This document shows, in pieces, positions 8,856 through 17,369 of a stretch of DNA of 64,000 bases. Source of the DNA: Xanthobacteraceae bacterium (GTDB lineage: Bacteria > Pseudomonadota > Alphaproteobacteria > Rhizobiales > Xanthobacteraceae); the NCBI GenBank assembly GCA_036267435.1, contig DATAWA010000259.1, forward strand, positions 7,852 to 71,851. Direction: 5' to 3'. The notes under the pieces are model-generated. The model was not told where the DNA came from. It worked only from the letters and a program-made list of their open reading frames with translations, and made no database searches. Every line of letters begins with the position of its first letter. Position 1 is the stretch's first letter. The translations under genes and the position numbers were made by a program.

Positions 8856-9854
8856 TTAACTGCTCGATGAATTCGTTAGCGCTGGCGCAACAACGTCTTT
8901 CCAAGTTTTGGGCGGCACTTTCAGTTCGCCATGCCGGCTTAAAAACTCGGCCATGGTCTGCACGCCAAAAACGGCGCTGCCGAATTCATCCTTGATGTCG
9001 CCGATCACTGCCGCCGCCGTTGCACCATTGAGCGTACCGGACGGCTCGTGGGTGAGAAAGATTTGCGCCGCGCGGCGCGGATCGTCGCGGATGAGGCGCG
9101 CCGCCTGGTCGATCGCGCCGGCGACTATGCCGGGGATTTCCGGCTGTCGCGCGATAGTCGCTTTGGTCGCGCCGAGCATGAGAAAGGAGAATTTACCGTT
9201 CATCACGTCGGTGGATTGAAGAATCGCATGCACGTTGGCATCGCGCAGCGCGAGCTCGGTGTAAGGCGGCGAGGAGAAATAGGCCGCGATTTTTTCCCCC
9301 GGCTCGCCGCCCCCCAGCGCGTCGACGGCGTCGGCATGCGACATTGCCACCACCTGGCCGCGCAGGTGATCGTAGTGCCCGAATACCTTCTCCGACGCCA
9401 TTTCCAGAAGTTGCATTTGCGGCGAGGTCAAGGTCGGCATGGCGATGCGGTCGCTCGGCTTGAGATCGGCGATGCTGTGCGCATCCGCATGGTCGCTGAG
9501 CAACACCAGCGGCAATGATGTGAGCCCGGAAACGGCGAGAATTTGCTGCGGCGTGCCATTGCCCTTGTCCCATGCGGCAAGAAGCGGCGCGGTGCCGAAC
9601 GGAGCGATGTCGATGGCGCCGGACGCGAGCTCGGCCTGCGCCTGCGCCGCTCCCATCAGCCGCGGAAAACTCGCTTTGACGTCGAGATGCGCCGCCTTCG
9701 CCTGTTGCTCGATCAGCTTGAGGTCTTCGCAGATGTAGAGCGGCAGGAACGCCAGCCCGAAGCCGATCCCGATCCGGACCTGCTGCTCCTGGGCCAAAGC
9801 GGGGACGACCGCGGCGCAGAGCAACAACAACGCGGCGAAGCAACGCGACACCAT
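8856..9854 (-). CDS. periplasmic substrate-binding protein (NMT1/sulfonate-nitrate-type ABC SBP), orphan
   Basis: A signal peptide (MVSRCFAALLLLCAAVVPALAQ) is followed by an SBP-like body. The 534-aa ORF was trimmed to the ATG at 9854, because the upstream part is Arg-rich and overlaps the next gene. No permease or ATPase is adjacent. Confidence 0.7.
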   Translation of the reverse strand: MVSRCFAALLLLCAAVVPALAQEQQVRIGIGFGLAFLPLYICEDLKLIEQQAKAAHLDVKASFPRLMGAAQAQAELASGAIDIAPFGTAPLLAAWDKGNGTPQQILAVSGLTSLPLVLLSDHADAHSIADLKPSDRIAMPTLTSPQMQLLEMASEKVFGHYDHLRGQVVAMSHADAVDALGGGEPGEKIAAYFSSPPYTELALRDANVHAILQSTDVMNGKFSFLMLGATKATIARQPEIPGIVAGAIDQAARLIRDDPRRAAQIFLTHEPSGTLNGATAAAVIGDIKDEFGSAVFGVQTMAEFLSRHGELKVPPKTWKDVVAPALTNSSSS

Positions 9855-9895
9855 GGGGGGCCTGTCGTGAACGAGATTAAGTCCTGGGGCGGCAA

Positions 9896-10819
9896 CTATA
9901 CTTGACGCTGCCCAGGAGCGGGAGGGTTGGAGAAAAAGTCTTTCAGCCGTTCCCGTCCCGCCAACGCCGCGCGCAGATCGAAGCCGTTGACGATGGCGAC
10001 GCGAAAGCCGCCCGGCGGCATGGCGTGCAGTTCGGGCGGCCGATCTTCGTGAAATGTGATCTGAACGCTGGCAATGCCGGGGATGGCTCTGACGTCCTCG
10101 ACCAGCGCTTGCGGGGGATGACGGTAGCGCCGCCCGTAGGGCACAAACAGCACGACGCTGTAGCCTTCGCAGCGGTCGTCGTCGGCGAAATCCCATTCGC
10201 CGGTTTCGTAAAGGGTGACCACTGCGTCGACCCAGCCGGGACCATAGAGATCGGGCCACTGGTCGGAAAAGCGCAAATGCGCTTCGATGATGGTTTCGCC
10301 GATGGTTTCGAGATTGAGCATGCCGGTATAGCCGGCGAGATTTTTCTTTATCCAGGCGCCGCAGCGGGTTTCGATGCCGGGGTCGGGCTCGGCGTGCACG
10401 ATCCAATAATCGAAGGTCCCCTCGCCGGCCGGCTTGCCGGTGACATGCCGCCACCAGCACGGCGCGCCGTCGACCACGGCAACGTCGGAGGACACATGCC
10501 GGCCTTCGAGCAATGTCATCCAGAAATGGCCCGGCGCGTAGTGCTCCAGGTAATCGGCTTGCGAGGTCAGCACCCGGGAGCCAACGCCCATGCCGCGCAG
10601 ATTGACCATCGGCTTGGAGAACACCGGATAGCGCGGCGGCGCTACACCATGCGGCGCGGCCTCGAGATTTTGCGATAGCGCCAGCTTCAGCTTGTCATAG
10701 ACGAACCGGTGCGCCGGATACCATTGCCAAGCGTCGCTGTCCTCGGTCGGAATATCGGCCGCGGTGTCGACATGCGTGAAATATTGCAGGCGCCACGGAT
10801 CGGCTTCGCATATCGGCAT
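9896..10819 (-). CDS. ATP-grasp-like hypothetical enzyme
   Basis: PVFSKPMVNLRGMGVGSR...NLETIGETIIEAHLRF...PPGGFR resembles ATP-grasp fold motifs. It sits immediately downstream of egtD. Confidence 0.5.
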   Translation of the reverse strand: MPICEADPWRLQYFTHVDTAADIPTEDSDAWQWYPAHRFVYDKLKLALSQNLEAAPHGVAPPRYPVFSKPMVNLRGMGVGSRVLTSQADYLEHYAPGHFWMTLLEGRHVSSDVAVVDGAPCWWRHVTGKPAGEGTFDYWIVHAEPDPGIETRCGAWIKKNLAGYTGMLNLETIGETIIEAHLRFSDQWPDLYGPGWVDAVVTLYETGEWDFADDDRCEGYSVVLFVPYGRRYRHPPQALVEDVRAIPGIASVQITFHEDRPPELHAMPPGGFRVAIVNGFDLRAALAGRERLKDFFSNPPAPGQRQV

Positions 10820-10881
10820 AATTCAGACTGCGGACAACGGAGAAGAGTTGGCGGATAATAGCAGGCTCCGCCCGCCTTCCG

Positions 10882-11856
10882 TCATTTTTCGTCGGTCAGT
10901 CGAAACGCGTGCACGCTGAACTGGCCATCGCTCCAGACCTGGAGCGGGGTCCAGCCGCTGCCGTGAGCCAGCGCTTGAAACGACTCCACCGTATATTTGT
11001 AGCTGTTTTCGGTGTGGATGGTTTCGCCGGCGCGGAAACCGATCGCCTTGCCGTTGACTTTGACCTTCTGCCGCCTGGTGCTGGCGAGATGCATCTCGAT
11101 CCTGCTGTGCTTGGCGCTATAGCAGGCGTGATGTTCGAACGCGGTCAGGTCGAAATTGGCACCAAGCTCGCGGTTGATGCGCGCCAGGAGGTTGAGATTA
11201 AAGCGCGCCGTCACCCCCTCGGAATCGTTATAGGCCCGACAGAGGGTCTTGGTGTCCTTGACGAGATCGACGCCGACCACCAGCGCCGCACCGAAACCGA
11301 GGATGGCCCCGGCATGGCGCAAGAATTTCGCCGCCTCGTGCGGCTCGAAATTGCCGATGGTCGAGCCGGGGAAAAAACCGACCCGCGGCAGCAAGGCGAT
11401 CTGCGACGGAACGGCGAAGCTTTGCGTGAAATCGGCGACCACCGGGTGTACGGCGAGCCTTGGAAAATCGCGCCGCAGGGCGGCTGCTTCCTGCTGCAGG
11501 AAATCCCCGGAAATGTCGACCGGAACATAAGACTCGATCGTGGCCGCGGCGCCGAACAAAATACGCGCTTTCTTGCTGGCGCCGGCGCCGAACTCGATCA
11601 ATGCACAGTTCGGCGGAAACAGCGACGCGATTGCCGGCGCATGCTCGCGCAACAGCGCCAGTTCGCAGCGGGTCGGATAATATTCCGGCAACTGGGTGAT
11701 GCGCTCGAACAGCGCCGACCCCGTCGCGTCGTAGAAATATTTCGGCGGCAGATGTTTCGGCTTGTCAGACAGCCCGACCAGGACATCCGCGGCGAACGGT
11801 TCGGGGATTTCGACAGGTGACACCGCGCGCAGCGCGGTCTGAGTGGCGCTTGCCAT
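10882..11856 (-). CDS. egtD: L-histidine N-alpha-methyltransferase (ergothioneine biosynthesis)
   Basis: LPPKYFYDATGSALFERITQLPEYYPTRCE...EFGAGASKK is the EgtD signature. Confidence 0.85.
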   Translation of the reverse strand: MASATQTALRAVSPVEIPEPFAADVLVGLSDKPKHLPPKYFYDATGSALFERITQLPEYYPTRCELALLREHAPAIASLFPPNCALIEFGAGASKKARILFGAAATIESYVPVDISGDFLQQEAAALRRDFPRLAVHPVVADFTQSFAVPSQIALLPRVGFFPGSTIGNFEPHEAAKFLRHAGAILGFGAALVVGVDLVKDTKTLCRAYNDSEGVTARFNLNLLARINRELGANFDLTAFEHHACYSAKHSRIEMHLASTRRQKVKVNGKAIGFRAGETIHTENSYKYTVESFQALAHGSGWTPLQVWSDGQFSVHAFRLTDEK

Positions 11857-11865
11857 GTAATTTTC

Positions 11866-13137
11866 TCAGTGTTGATAGGCCGCGAGCCGCAATCCGGAAA
11901 ACTGCCAGCGGGCGGACGGATAGAAAAAATTGCGATAGGTCACGCGCGAATGACCGGACGGCGTCGCCAGCGACGAGCCGCGTAAGACCATCTGGCTGAC
12001 CATGAACTTGCCGTTATATTCGCCGAGTGCACCGGGAACTGCCCGGTAGCCAGGATAGGGCGAATAGGCGCTGCGCGTCCATTGCCAGACGACGCCGAAA
12101 GCGTCCGCCAGCACGCCGCGTCGCGCCGCCACTTCCCATTCGGCCTCGGTCGGCAGATCCTTGCCGGCCCAGCGCGCGAACGCGTCGGCCTCGTAATAGC
12201 TGACGTGACACACCGGCCGGTGCGGATCGAGGCGGCGCAAGCCGCCGAGCGTCATCGTAAACCACGCGCCGTCGGCATTGCGCCAATAGCCGGGCGCGTT
12301 CCAGCCTTGCGCCTCGACCGTCGCCCAGCCGTCCGACAGCCACAAGGCCGGCGTCGTGTAGCCGCCATCAGCCATGAAATCGAGCCAGTCGCGATTGCTG
12401 ACAAGCCGCGAGGCCAATTTTACAGGCGTCAGCAGCACCTGATGCGCGGGCAGTTCATTGTCGAAACAAAAGCCGTTGCCGTCGTGACCGATCGTATCGA
12501 TGCCGGACAGCGTCGCACCCGCCGCCTCTTCGGAACTCGTGTGCGGCCACAACCAATCCGGATCGTAGGCGGGATGCGTCTCGTTGAGCGAGAAAGCGTG
12601 CAGGATATCGGTGAGCAAGAGCTCCTGGTGCTGCTGCTCATGGTTCAGTCCGATTTCGAGAATCGGAACGATCTCGCCGAAATTGTCGGCGGTTTCGATC
12701 AGCGCCGAGACCGCGGTGTCGACATGGGCGCGATAGGCGGTGACCTCCGCCGCGCTTGGCCGGGTGACCAGGCCCCGTTGCGGCCGCGCCGCGCGCGGTC
12801 CGGCGGAAACGTAATAGGAGTTGTAGAGGTAAGCGAAGCGCTCGTCGAACGGATGGTAGCTTTTGGCATAGGATTTGAGGAGAAATTGCTCGAAGAACCA
12901 GGTGACATGAGCCCGATGCCATTTGGTCGGACTCGCATCCGGCATCGATTGGACGACCTGGTCCTCCGGCGACAAAAAGCCGGCGCGGCGTTCTGTCTCG
13001 GCCCGCACCTCGCGAAAGCGCTGCAGCCACACCCCGCGCGGGTCGGGCAAAGTCGAAGGCAGGGCTGCGGCGCCTTCGGCAGCCGGCCCGGCCCTTTCAG
13101 CGGGCCTAATGCGCGTAGAAGCAACCGAAATTGGCAT
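11866..13137 (-). CDS. egtB: hercynine sulfoxide synthase (DinB_2 plus FGE-sulfatase domains)
   Basis: QSMPDASPTKWHRAHVTWFFE is the DinB-like iron site. The C-terminus is an FGE-type domain (WEWTRSAYSPYPGY-like: VWQWTRSAYSPYPGYRA). The first ATG is at 13137; the ORF also opens at a TTG at 13152. Confidence 0.85.
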   Translation of the reverse strand: MPISVASTRIRPAERAGPAAEGAAALPSTLPDPRGVWLQRFREVRAETERRAGFLSPEDQVVQSMPDASPTKWHRAHVTWFFEQFLLKSYAKSYHPFDERFAYLYNSYYVSAGPRAARPQRGLVTRPSAAEVTAYRAHVDTAVSALIETADNFGEIVPILEIGLNHEQQHQELLLTDILHAFSLNETHPAYDPDWLWPHTSSEEAAGATLSGIDTIGHDGNGFCFDNELPAHQVLLTPVKLASRLVSNRDWLDFMADGGYTTPALWLSDGWATVEAQGWNAPGYWRNADGAWFTMTLGGLRRLDPHRPVCHVSYYEADAFARWAGKDLPTEAEWEVAARRGVLADAFGVVWQWTRSAYSPYPGYRAVPGALGEYNGKFMVSQMVLRGSSLATPSGHSRVTYRNFFYPSARWQFSGLRLAAYQH

Positions 13138-13425
13138 TGTCGATGTCCGCAAGAGGCGGGATTAACAGAGGAATTTCAGACCGTAAGAATAATCAGGTCG
13201 CGGGCCGGTTGGTTCCAAAGATGATCGATCCACCGCCGACTGCAATGCCCATCCAAACCCCCTAACGCGGAAGTGATCGCCTCACCTCAATGGCCACAAG
13301 GTAGGACAAACTTGGCCTAAATCCATAGGCCGACTTATGGTTTGCCGCCAGTTCGGCTATGCAGTTCGTCATATTGCGTCCCGCGACAAGGGGCGCGTGA
13401 TTCGAGGGATGGAGACCAAGAGAGG

Positions 13426-14376
13426 ATGGCGAAAAGCGCAAAACTGAAATCGCGCGCAACGCCCAAGTTGCCTGCACAGCCCAAGTTGCGTGCAAAAGCC
13501 TTGTTGCCGCGGCAGCGGGCGGATTTCTCGGCGATCGTCGATCGGCCGCCGCTTCGGCTTCCAGGCGGCGCCCGCATCGTGTTCTGGTCGATCGTCAATC
13601 TCGAAGTCTGGGACATCGGCAAGCCGATGGCGCGGCAGGTCTTGGCCCCGCCGACCGGGGTCACGCAGATTCCCGACGTGCCGAATTGGAGCTGGCACGA
13701 ATACGGCATGCGGGTCGGCGTGTGGCGCTTCTTCGACCTGTTCAAACGCCAGAAAATCCGCCCCACGCTCGCGATCAACGCGCGGGTATGCGAGGACTAT
13801 GCCCGCGTCGCGCAAGAAGCAAAGACCGACGGCTGGGAATTCATGGGCCACTCCTACGAGCAGGGCCCAATTCACAAAGAGCCGAACCAGAAGGCGATGA
13901 TCAAGCGCTCGCTCGATGTCGTCGAGCGATTCACCGGCAAGCGGCCGGTCGGCTGGCTCGGCCCCGGCCTGACGCAGACGCTGGAAACGCCGGACCTGCT
14001 TGCGGCGGCCGGCATCAAATATATCGGCGATTGGGTCTATGACGACGAGCCGACCACGATCCGCACCGCCAATGGCCCGCTGGTGACGCTGCCGTACACC
14101 ATGGAGCTCAACGACATCCCGATGATGGCGGTGGCCCACCACGAGGCCGACTATTTGTTCAAGCGCGCGGTCGATCAGTTCGACCGGCTCTATGCCGAAA
14201 GCGAACAGCGCGCCAAGATAGTTTCGCTCGCCATCCATCCTTATCTCAGCGGCCAGCCGCACCGCATCAAATATCTCGAAGCGATCTACGACTACACCCG
14301 CCGCTTCGACGGCGTGGTGTATTGGACCGGCGACGAGATTCTGGATTGGTATTTGCAATGCACCGCCGCAAAATGA
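13426..14376 (+). CDS. polysaccharide deacetylase family protein (PuuE/allantoinase-like)
   Basis: The NodB-type pattern is present: WSIVNLEVW...HEYG...GHSYEQ...LAIHPYLSG. It was trimmed to MAKSAK at 13426. Confidence 0.8.
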   Translation: MAKSAKLKSRATPKLPAQPKLRAKALLPRQRADFSAIVDRPPLRLPGGARIVFWSIVNLEVWDIGKPMARQVLAPPTGVTQIPDVPNWSWHEYGMRVGVWRFFDLFKRQKIRPTLAINARVCEDYARVAQEAKTDGWEFMGHSYEQGPIHKEPNQKAMIKRSLDVVERFTGKRPVGWLGPGLTQTLETPDLLAAAGIKYIGDWVYDDEPTTIRTANGPLVTLPYTMELNDIPMMAVAHHEADYLFKRAVDQFDRLYAESEQRAKIVSLAIHPYLSGQPHRIKYLEAIYDYTRRFDGVVYWTGDEILDWYLQCTAAK

Positions 14377-15569
14377 TCCGTGCGGCCGCCCTCTGCGTCG
14401 TGCTTCTCGCCGCTACCGCCGCGCAAGCCGCCGCGCCTTGCCGCACGTCCGGGCCGTTCAATCAGTGGCTCGCCGATTTCGAACGCGAAGCCATGGCGCA
14501 AGGCATTTCGCAACAAACAATCGCCGCGGCGGCTCCCTATCTCACTTACGACCAGCGCATCGTCTATATCGATCGCGGCCAGCGCGTCTTTACGCAAACT
14601 TTTTTGGAATTCTCCGACCGCATGGCGGCGGCCTATCGCATCCAGCGCGGCCAGGCGCTGATCAAGAAATATCAGCCGGAGTTCAGCCGCATCGAAGCGC
14701 GCTACGGCGTGCCGGCGCCGGTGATCGTCGCCTTCTGGGGCCTGGAAAGCGACTTCGGCGCCAATATGGGCAATTACCATTCCCTGCCCTCACTGGTCTC
14801 GCTCGCCTATGACTGCCGCCGCGCCGACCGCTTTCGCGCCCAACTGCTCGACGCGCTGCGGCTTATTCAGCACGGCGACCTCACGCCCGCCGAGATGATC
14901 GGGTCATGGGCCGGCGAACTCGGCCAGACGCAGATGATGCCGTCGGAATATTACAAATACGGCGTCGACGAAGACGGCGATGGCAAGCGCAATCTCCTGC
15001 GCAGCGTGCCGGACGTGCTCGCCTCGACGGCGAATTATCTCCTTGGGCTGGGCTGGAAGCGCGGCGAGCCGTGGCTCACCGAGGTGCGCGTGCCTGCCAA
15101 TTTGCCGTGGCAGCAGGCCGATCTCGATATCCAGCTGCCGCGATCGAAATGGGCGAGCTACGGCGTGACGCTCGCCGACGGCCGGCCGCTGCCAGCGGAC
15201 AATCTGCCGGCGTCGTTGTTGTTGCCGATGGGGCGGTTCGGTCCGGCCTTTCTCGTCTATCAAAACTTCCAGGTTTATCTGCAGTGGAACAACTCGCTCA
15301 TTTATTCGACGACCGCGGCCTATCTTGCCACCCGCATCGCCGGCGCAGCCCCGCTGCATCGCGGCAATCCGCCGCCGGCACTTCCTTTCGCCGACGTCAA
15401 AGCCCTGCAGATGATGCTGGCACATGACGGTTACGACGTCGGCGCCATCGACGGCTTTCTCGGCTTGAAAACGCGGCAGGCGGTCAAAGCGATGCAGCAG
15501 AAATACGGCTTGCCGGCCGATTCCTATCCCACCGCCGAGCTGCTCGCGCGTATGCGCGCCGGACATTGA
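14358..15569 (+). CDS. lytic murein transglycosylase (MltB family) with C-terminal peptidoglycan-binding domain
   Basis: A signal peptide is followed by FWGLESDFG...GELGQTQMMPSEY, the SLT-2 motifs. The C-terminus is PG_binding_1-like (LQMMLAHDGYDVGAIDGFLGLKTRQAVKAMQ). The start could be 14358 or 14373. Confidence 0.85.
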   Translation: MHRRKMIRAAALCVVLLAATAAQAAAPCRTSGPFNQWLADFEREAMAQGISQQTIAAAAPYLTYDQRIVYIDRGQRVFTQTFLEFSDRMAAAYRIQRGQALIKKYQPEFSRIEARYGVPAPVIVAFWGLESDFGANMGNYHSLPSLVSLAYDCRRADRFRAQLLDALRLIQHGDLTPAEMIGSWAGELGQTQMMPSEYYKYGVDEDGDGKRNLLRSVPDVLASTANYLLGLGWKRGEPWLTEVRVPANLPWQQADLDIQLPRSKWASYGVTLADGRPLPADNLPASLLLPMGRFGPAFLVYQNFQVYLQWNNSLIYSTTAAYLATRIAGAAPLHRGNPPPALPFADVKALQMMLAHDGYDVGAIDGFLGLKTRQAVKAMQQKYGLPADSYPTAELLARMRAGH

Positions 15570-15621
15570 GCCGGCGGCGGCGCGCGGCGATTTACCATTC
15601 ACCGCATCGCGGAGACTGTGG

Positions 15622-16698
15622 ATGAAGACCTATAAGATCGCGGCCATTCCCGGCGACGGGATCGGCGCGGAAGTCGTGGCGGCCGGTGTCGACGTGCTGC
15701 ATGCGCTCGCCAAGCGCCAAGGTGAATTCCAATTCAAGGTCGACGTCTTCGACTGGGGCGGCGAATACTACAAGAAGCACGGCCGCATGATGCCGGATGA
15801 CGGCCGCGCCCAAATCCGGCACCACGACGCGATCCTGTTCGGCTCGGCCGGCCACCCCGACATTCCCGACCACATCACCTTGTGGGGGCTGCGGCTGGCG
15901 ATTTGCCAGCCGTTCGACCAATACGCCAACGTCCGTCCGACACGAATTCTCCCCGGCATCGTCAGCCCGTTGCGCAACGTGCAGCAAAAAGAACTGGACT
16001 GGGTGATCGTGCGGGAGAATTCGGAGGGCGAATATGCCGGCGTCGGCGGGCGCGTGCATCAGGGTTCGACCCTGGAGGCGGCCACCGACGTCGCGATGTT
16101 CACCCGCGCCGGCGTCGAGCGCATCATGCGCTTTGCCTTTCGGCTCGCCAGGTCGCGGCCGCGAAAGCTCCTCACCGTCGTGACCAAATCGAACGCGCAA
16201 CGCCACGCCATGGTGATGTGGGACGAGATCGCGGCCGAGATCGCTTCCGAGTTCAAGGATGTCACCTGGGACAAGATGCTGGTCGACGCCATGACGATGC
16301 GCATGGTGATGCGGCCGCAATCCATCGATACCGTCGTGGCGACGAACCTGCACGCCGACATTCTCTCCGACCTCGCCGCGGCCCTGGCCGGCTCACTTGG
16401 CATCGCACCGACGGCGAATCTGAATCCCGAACGCACCTTCCCCTCGATGTTCGAGCCGATTCATGGTTCGGCCTTCGACATCATGGGCAAGGGCATTGCC
16501 AACCCGGTCGGCACGTTCTGGTCGGCGGTGATGATGCTCGAGCATCTGGGCGAGCCGGCCGCAGGCGAGCGGCTGATGACGGCGATCGAGCGCGTGACCG
16601 CCGACAACCGCTTTCATACCCCCGATCTCGGCGGTAACGCCAAGACGGCCGAGGTGACGGCAGCCGTGATCGACGCCATCCACGGCGCCAATGCCTGA
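15622..16698 (+). CDS. tartrate dehydrogenase/decarboxylase (isopropylmalate dehydrogenase family)
   Basis: KIAAIPGDGIGAEV...VRENSEGEYAG...NLHADILSDLAAALAGSLG is an isocitrate/IPM dehydrogenase fold with a TtuC-like N-terminus. Confidence 0.85.
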   Translation: MKTYKIAAIPGDGIGAEVVAAGVDVLHALAKRQGEFQFKVDVFDWGGEYYKKHGRMMPDDGRAQIRHHDAILFGSAGHPDIPDHITLWGLRLAICQPFDQYANVRPTRILPGIVSPLRNVQQKELDWVIVRENSEGEYAGVGGRVHQGSTLEAATDVAMFTRAGVERIMRFAFRLARSRPRKLLTVVTKSNAQRHAMVMWDEIAAEIASEFKDVTWDKMLVDAMTMRMVMRPQSIDTVVATNLHADILSDLAAALAGSLGIAPTANLNPERTFPSMFEPIHGSAFDIMGKGIANPVGTFWSAVMMLEHLGEPAAGERLMTAIERVTADNRFHTPDLGGNAKTAEVTAAVIDAIHGANA

Positions 16699-16789
16699 CG
16701 GCGTCCGATCGCGCCGAACAAGACCGCGAAAAAGCGTCGAGAAAGACGCCAAGAAAAGCGGCAGACGCCGCACGAACAAATCCTCTTGC

Positions 16790-16812
16790 CAAATGTAATA
16801 TTATAACATTAG
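16790..16812. promoter_or_regulatory. AT-rich imperfect palindrome resembling a Zur (Fur-family) box
   Basis: The sequence cAAATGTAATATTATAACATTag lies 10-32 nt upstream of the DUF2946 ATG. It matches 18/23 positions of the remembered Zur consensus GAAATGTTATAATATAACATTTC. The right half-site ATAACAT is exact. It is preceded by TTGCCA (16785-16790). Confidence 0.45.
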
Positions 16813-16821
16813 CATCGCCGC

Positions 16822-17199
16822 ATGGGTTGGGTTCACCGCCATAAGCGGCGTGGCGCCTATTTCGCGCTTGCAGCGCTTTTGCTGCAGATCGCCATTTCGT
16901 TCGGCCATGTCGATCTCGACGGCGCCGTGATCGGCGACCATCTGGCGCTCGGCGGCGCGCACCGGATCGCGGTCTTCGCCAAGACATCACAGCATGCGCC
17001 GGCACCGAACACCGATGACGGCTATTGCCCGATCTGCGCCTCGATCTTTCTGGTTTCGACTTCGTTCGTCTCCGCGCCGCCGCCGCTGCCGGTGCCGGAG
17101 GGATTTTACCGGATAAAACATTCCGTCACCGTCTCCCACGGCATCTCTCCGCCGCTCCGGCTTGCCTTCCGTTCGCGGGCGCCCCCGGCAGCCGCCTGA
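16822..17199 (+). CDS. DUF2946 family protein
   Basis: This is a small protein with an N-terminal TM segment and a CPICA motif. Its position directly upstream of a TonB-dependent receptor is typical for DUF2946. Confidence 0.6.
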   Translation: MGWVHRHKRRGAYFALAALLLQIAISFGHVDLDGAVIGDHLALGGAHRIAVFAKTSQHAPAPNTDDGYCPICASIFLVSTSFVSAPPPLPVPEGFYRIKHSVTVSHGISPPLRLAFRSRAPPAAA

Positions 17200-17369
17200 C
17201 AAAGGCGGTTGTCGCAAATCTTGCGGGCTGCTGGCTTTTGGCAGCGGCGCCGCCAAGATAAAGCGCGGCAGTGCACTGATTTCTTGCGTTATAGTCTTTG
17301 CATTCGCCGTATCGGCACGGCCGCCAGTGAGCCGGGTCTTTCCCTGCAGCATTGCTTGGCGGAGTCCTT

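Noticed and set aside
9855-10460. N-terminal 200 aa of the 534-aa ORF 8856-10460
   Set aside because: This part is Arg-rich (RRGDLRLLDRARRARPRHRN...) and overlaps the ATP-grasp-like gene in another frame. A proper signal peptide begins at the internal ATG at 9854, so the gene was trimmed.
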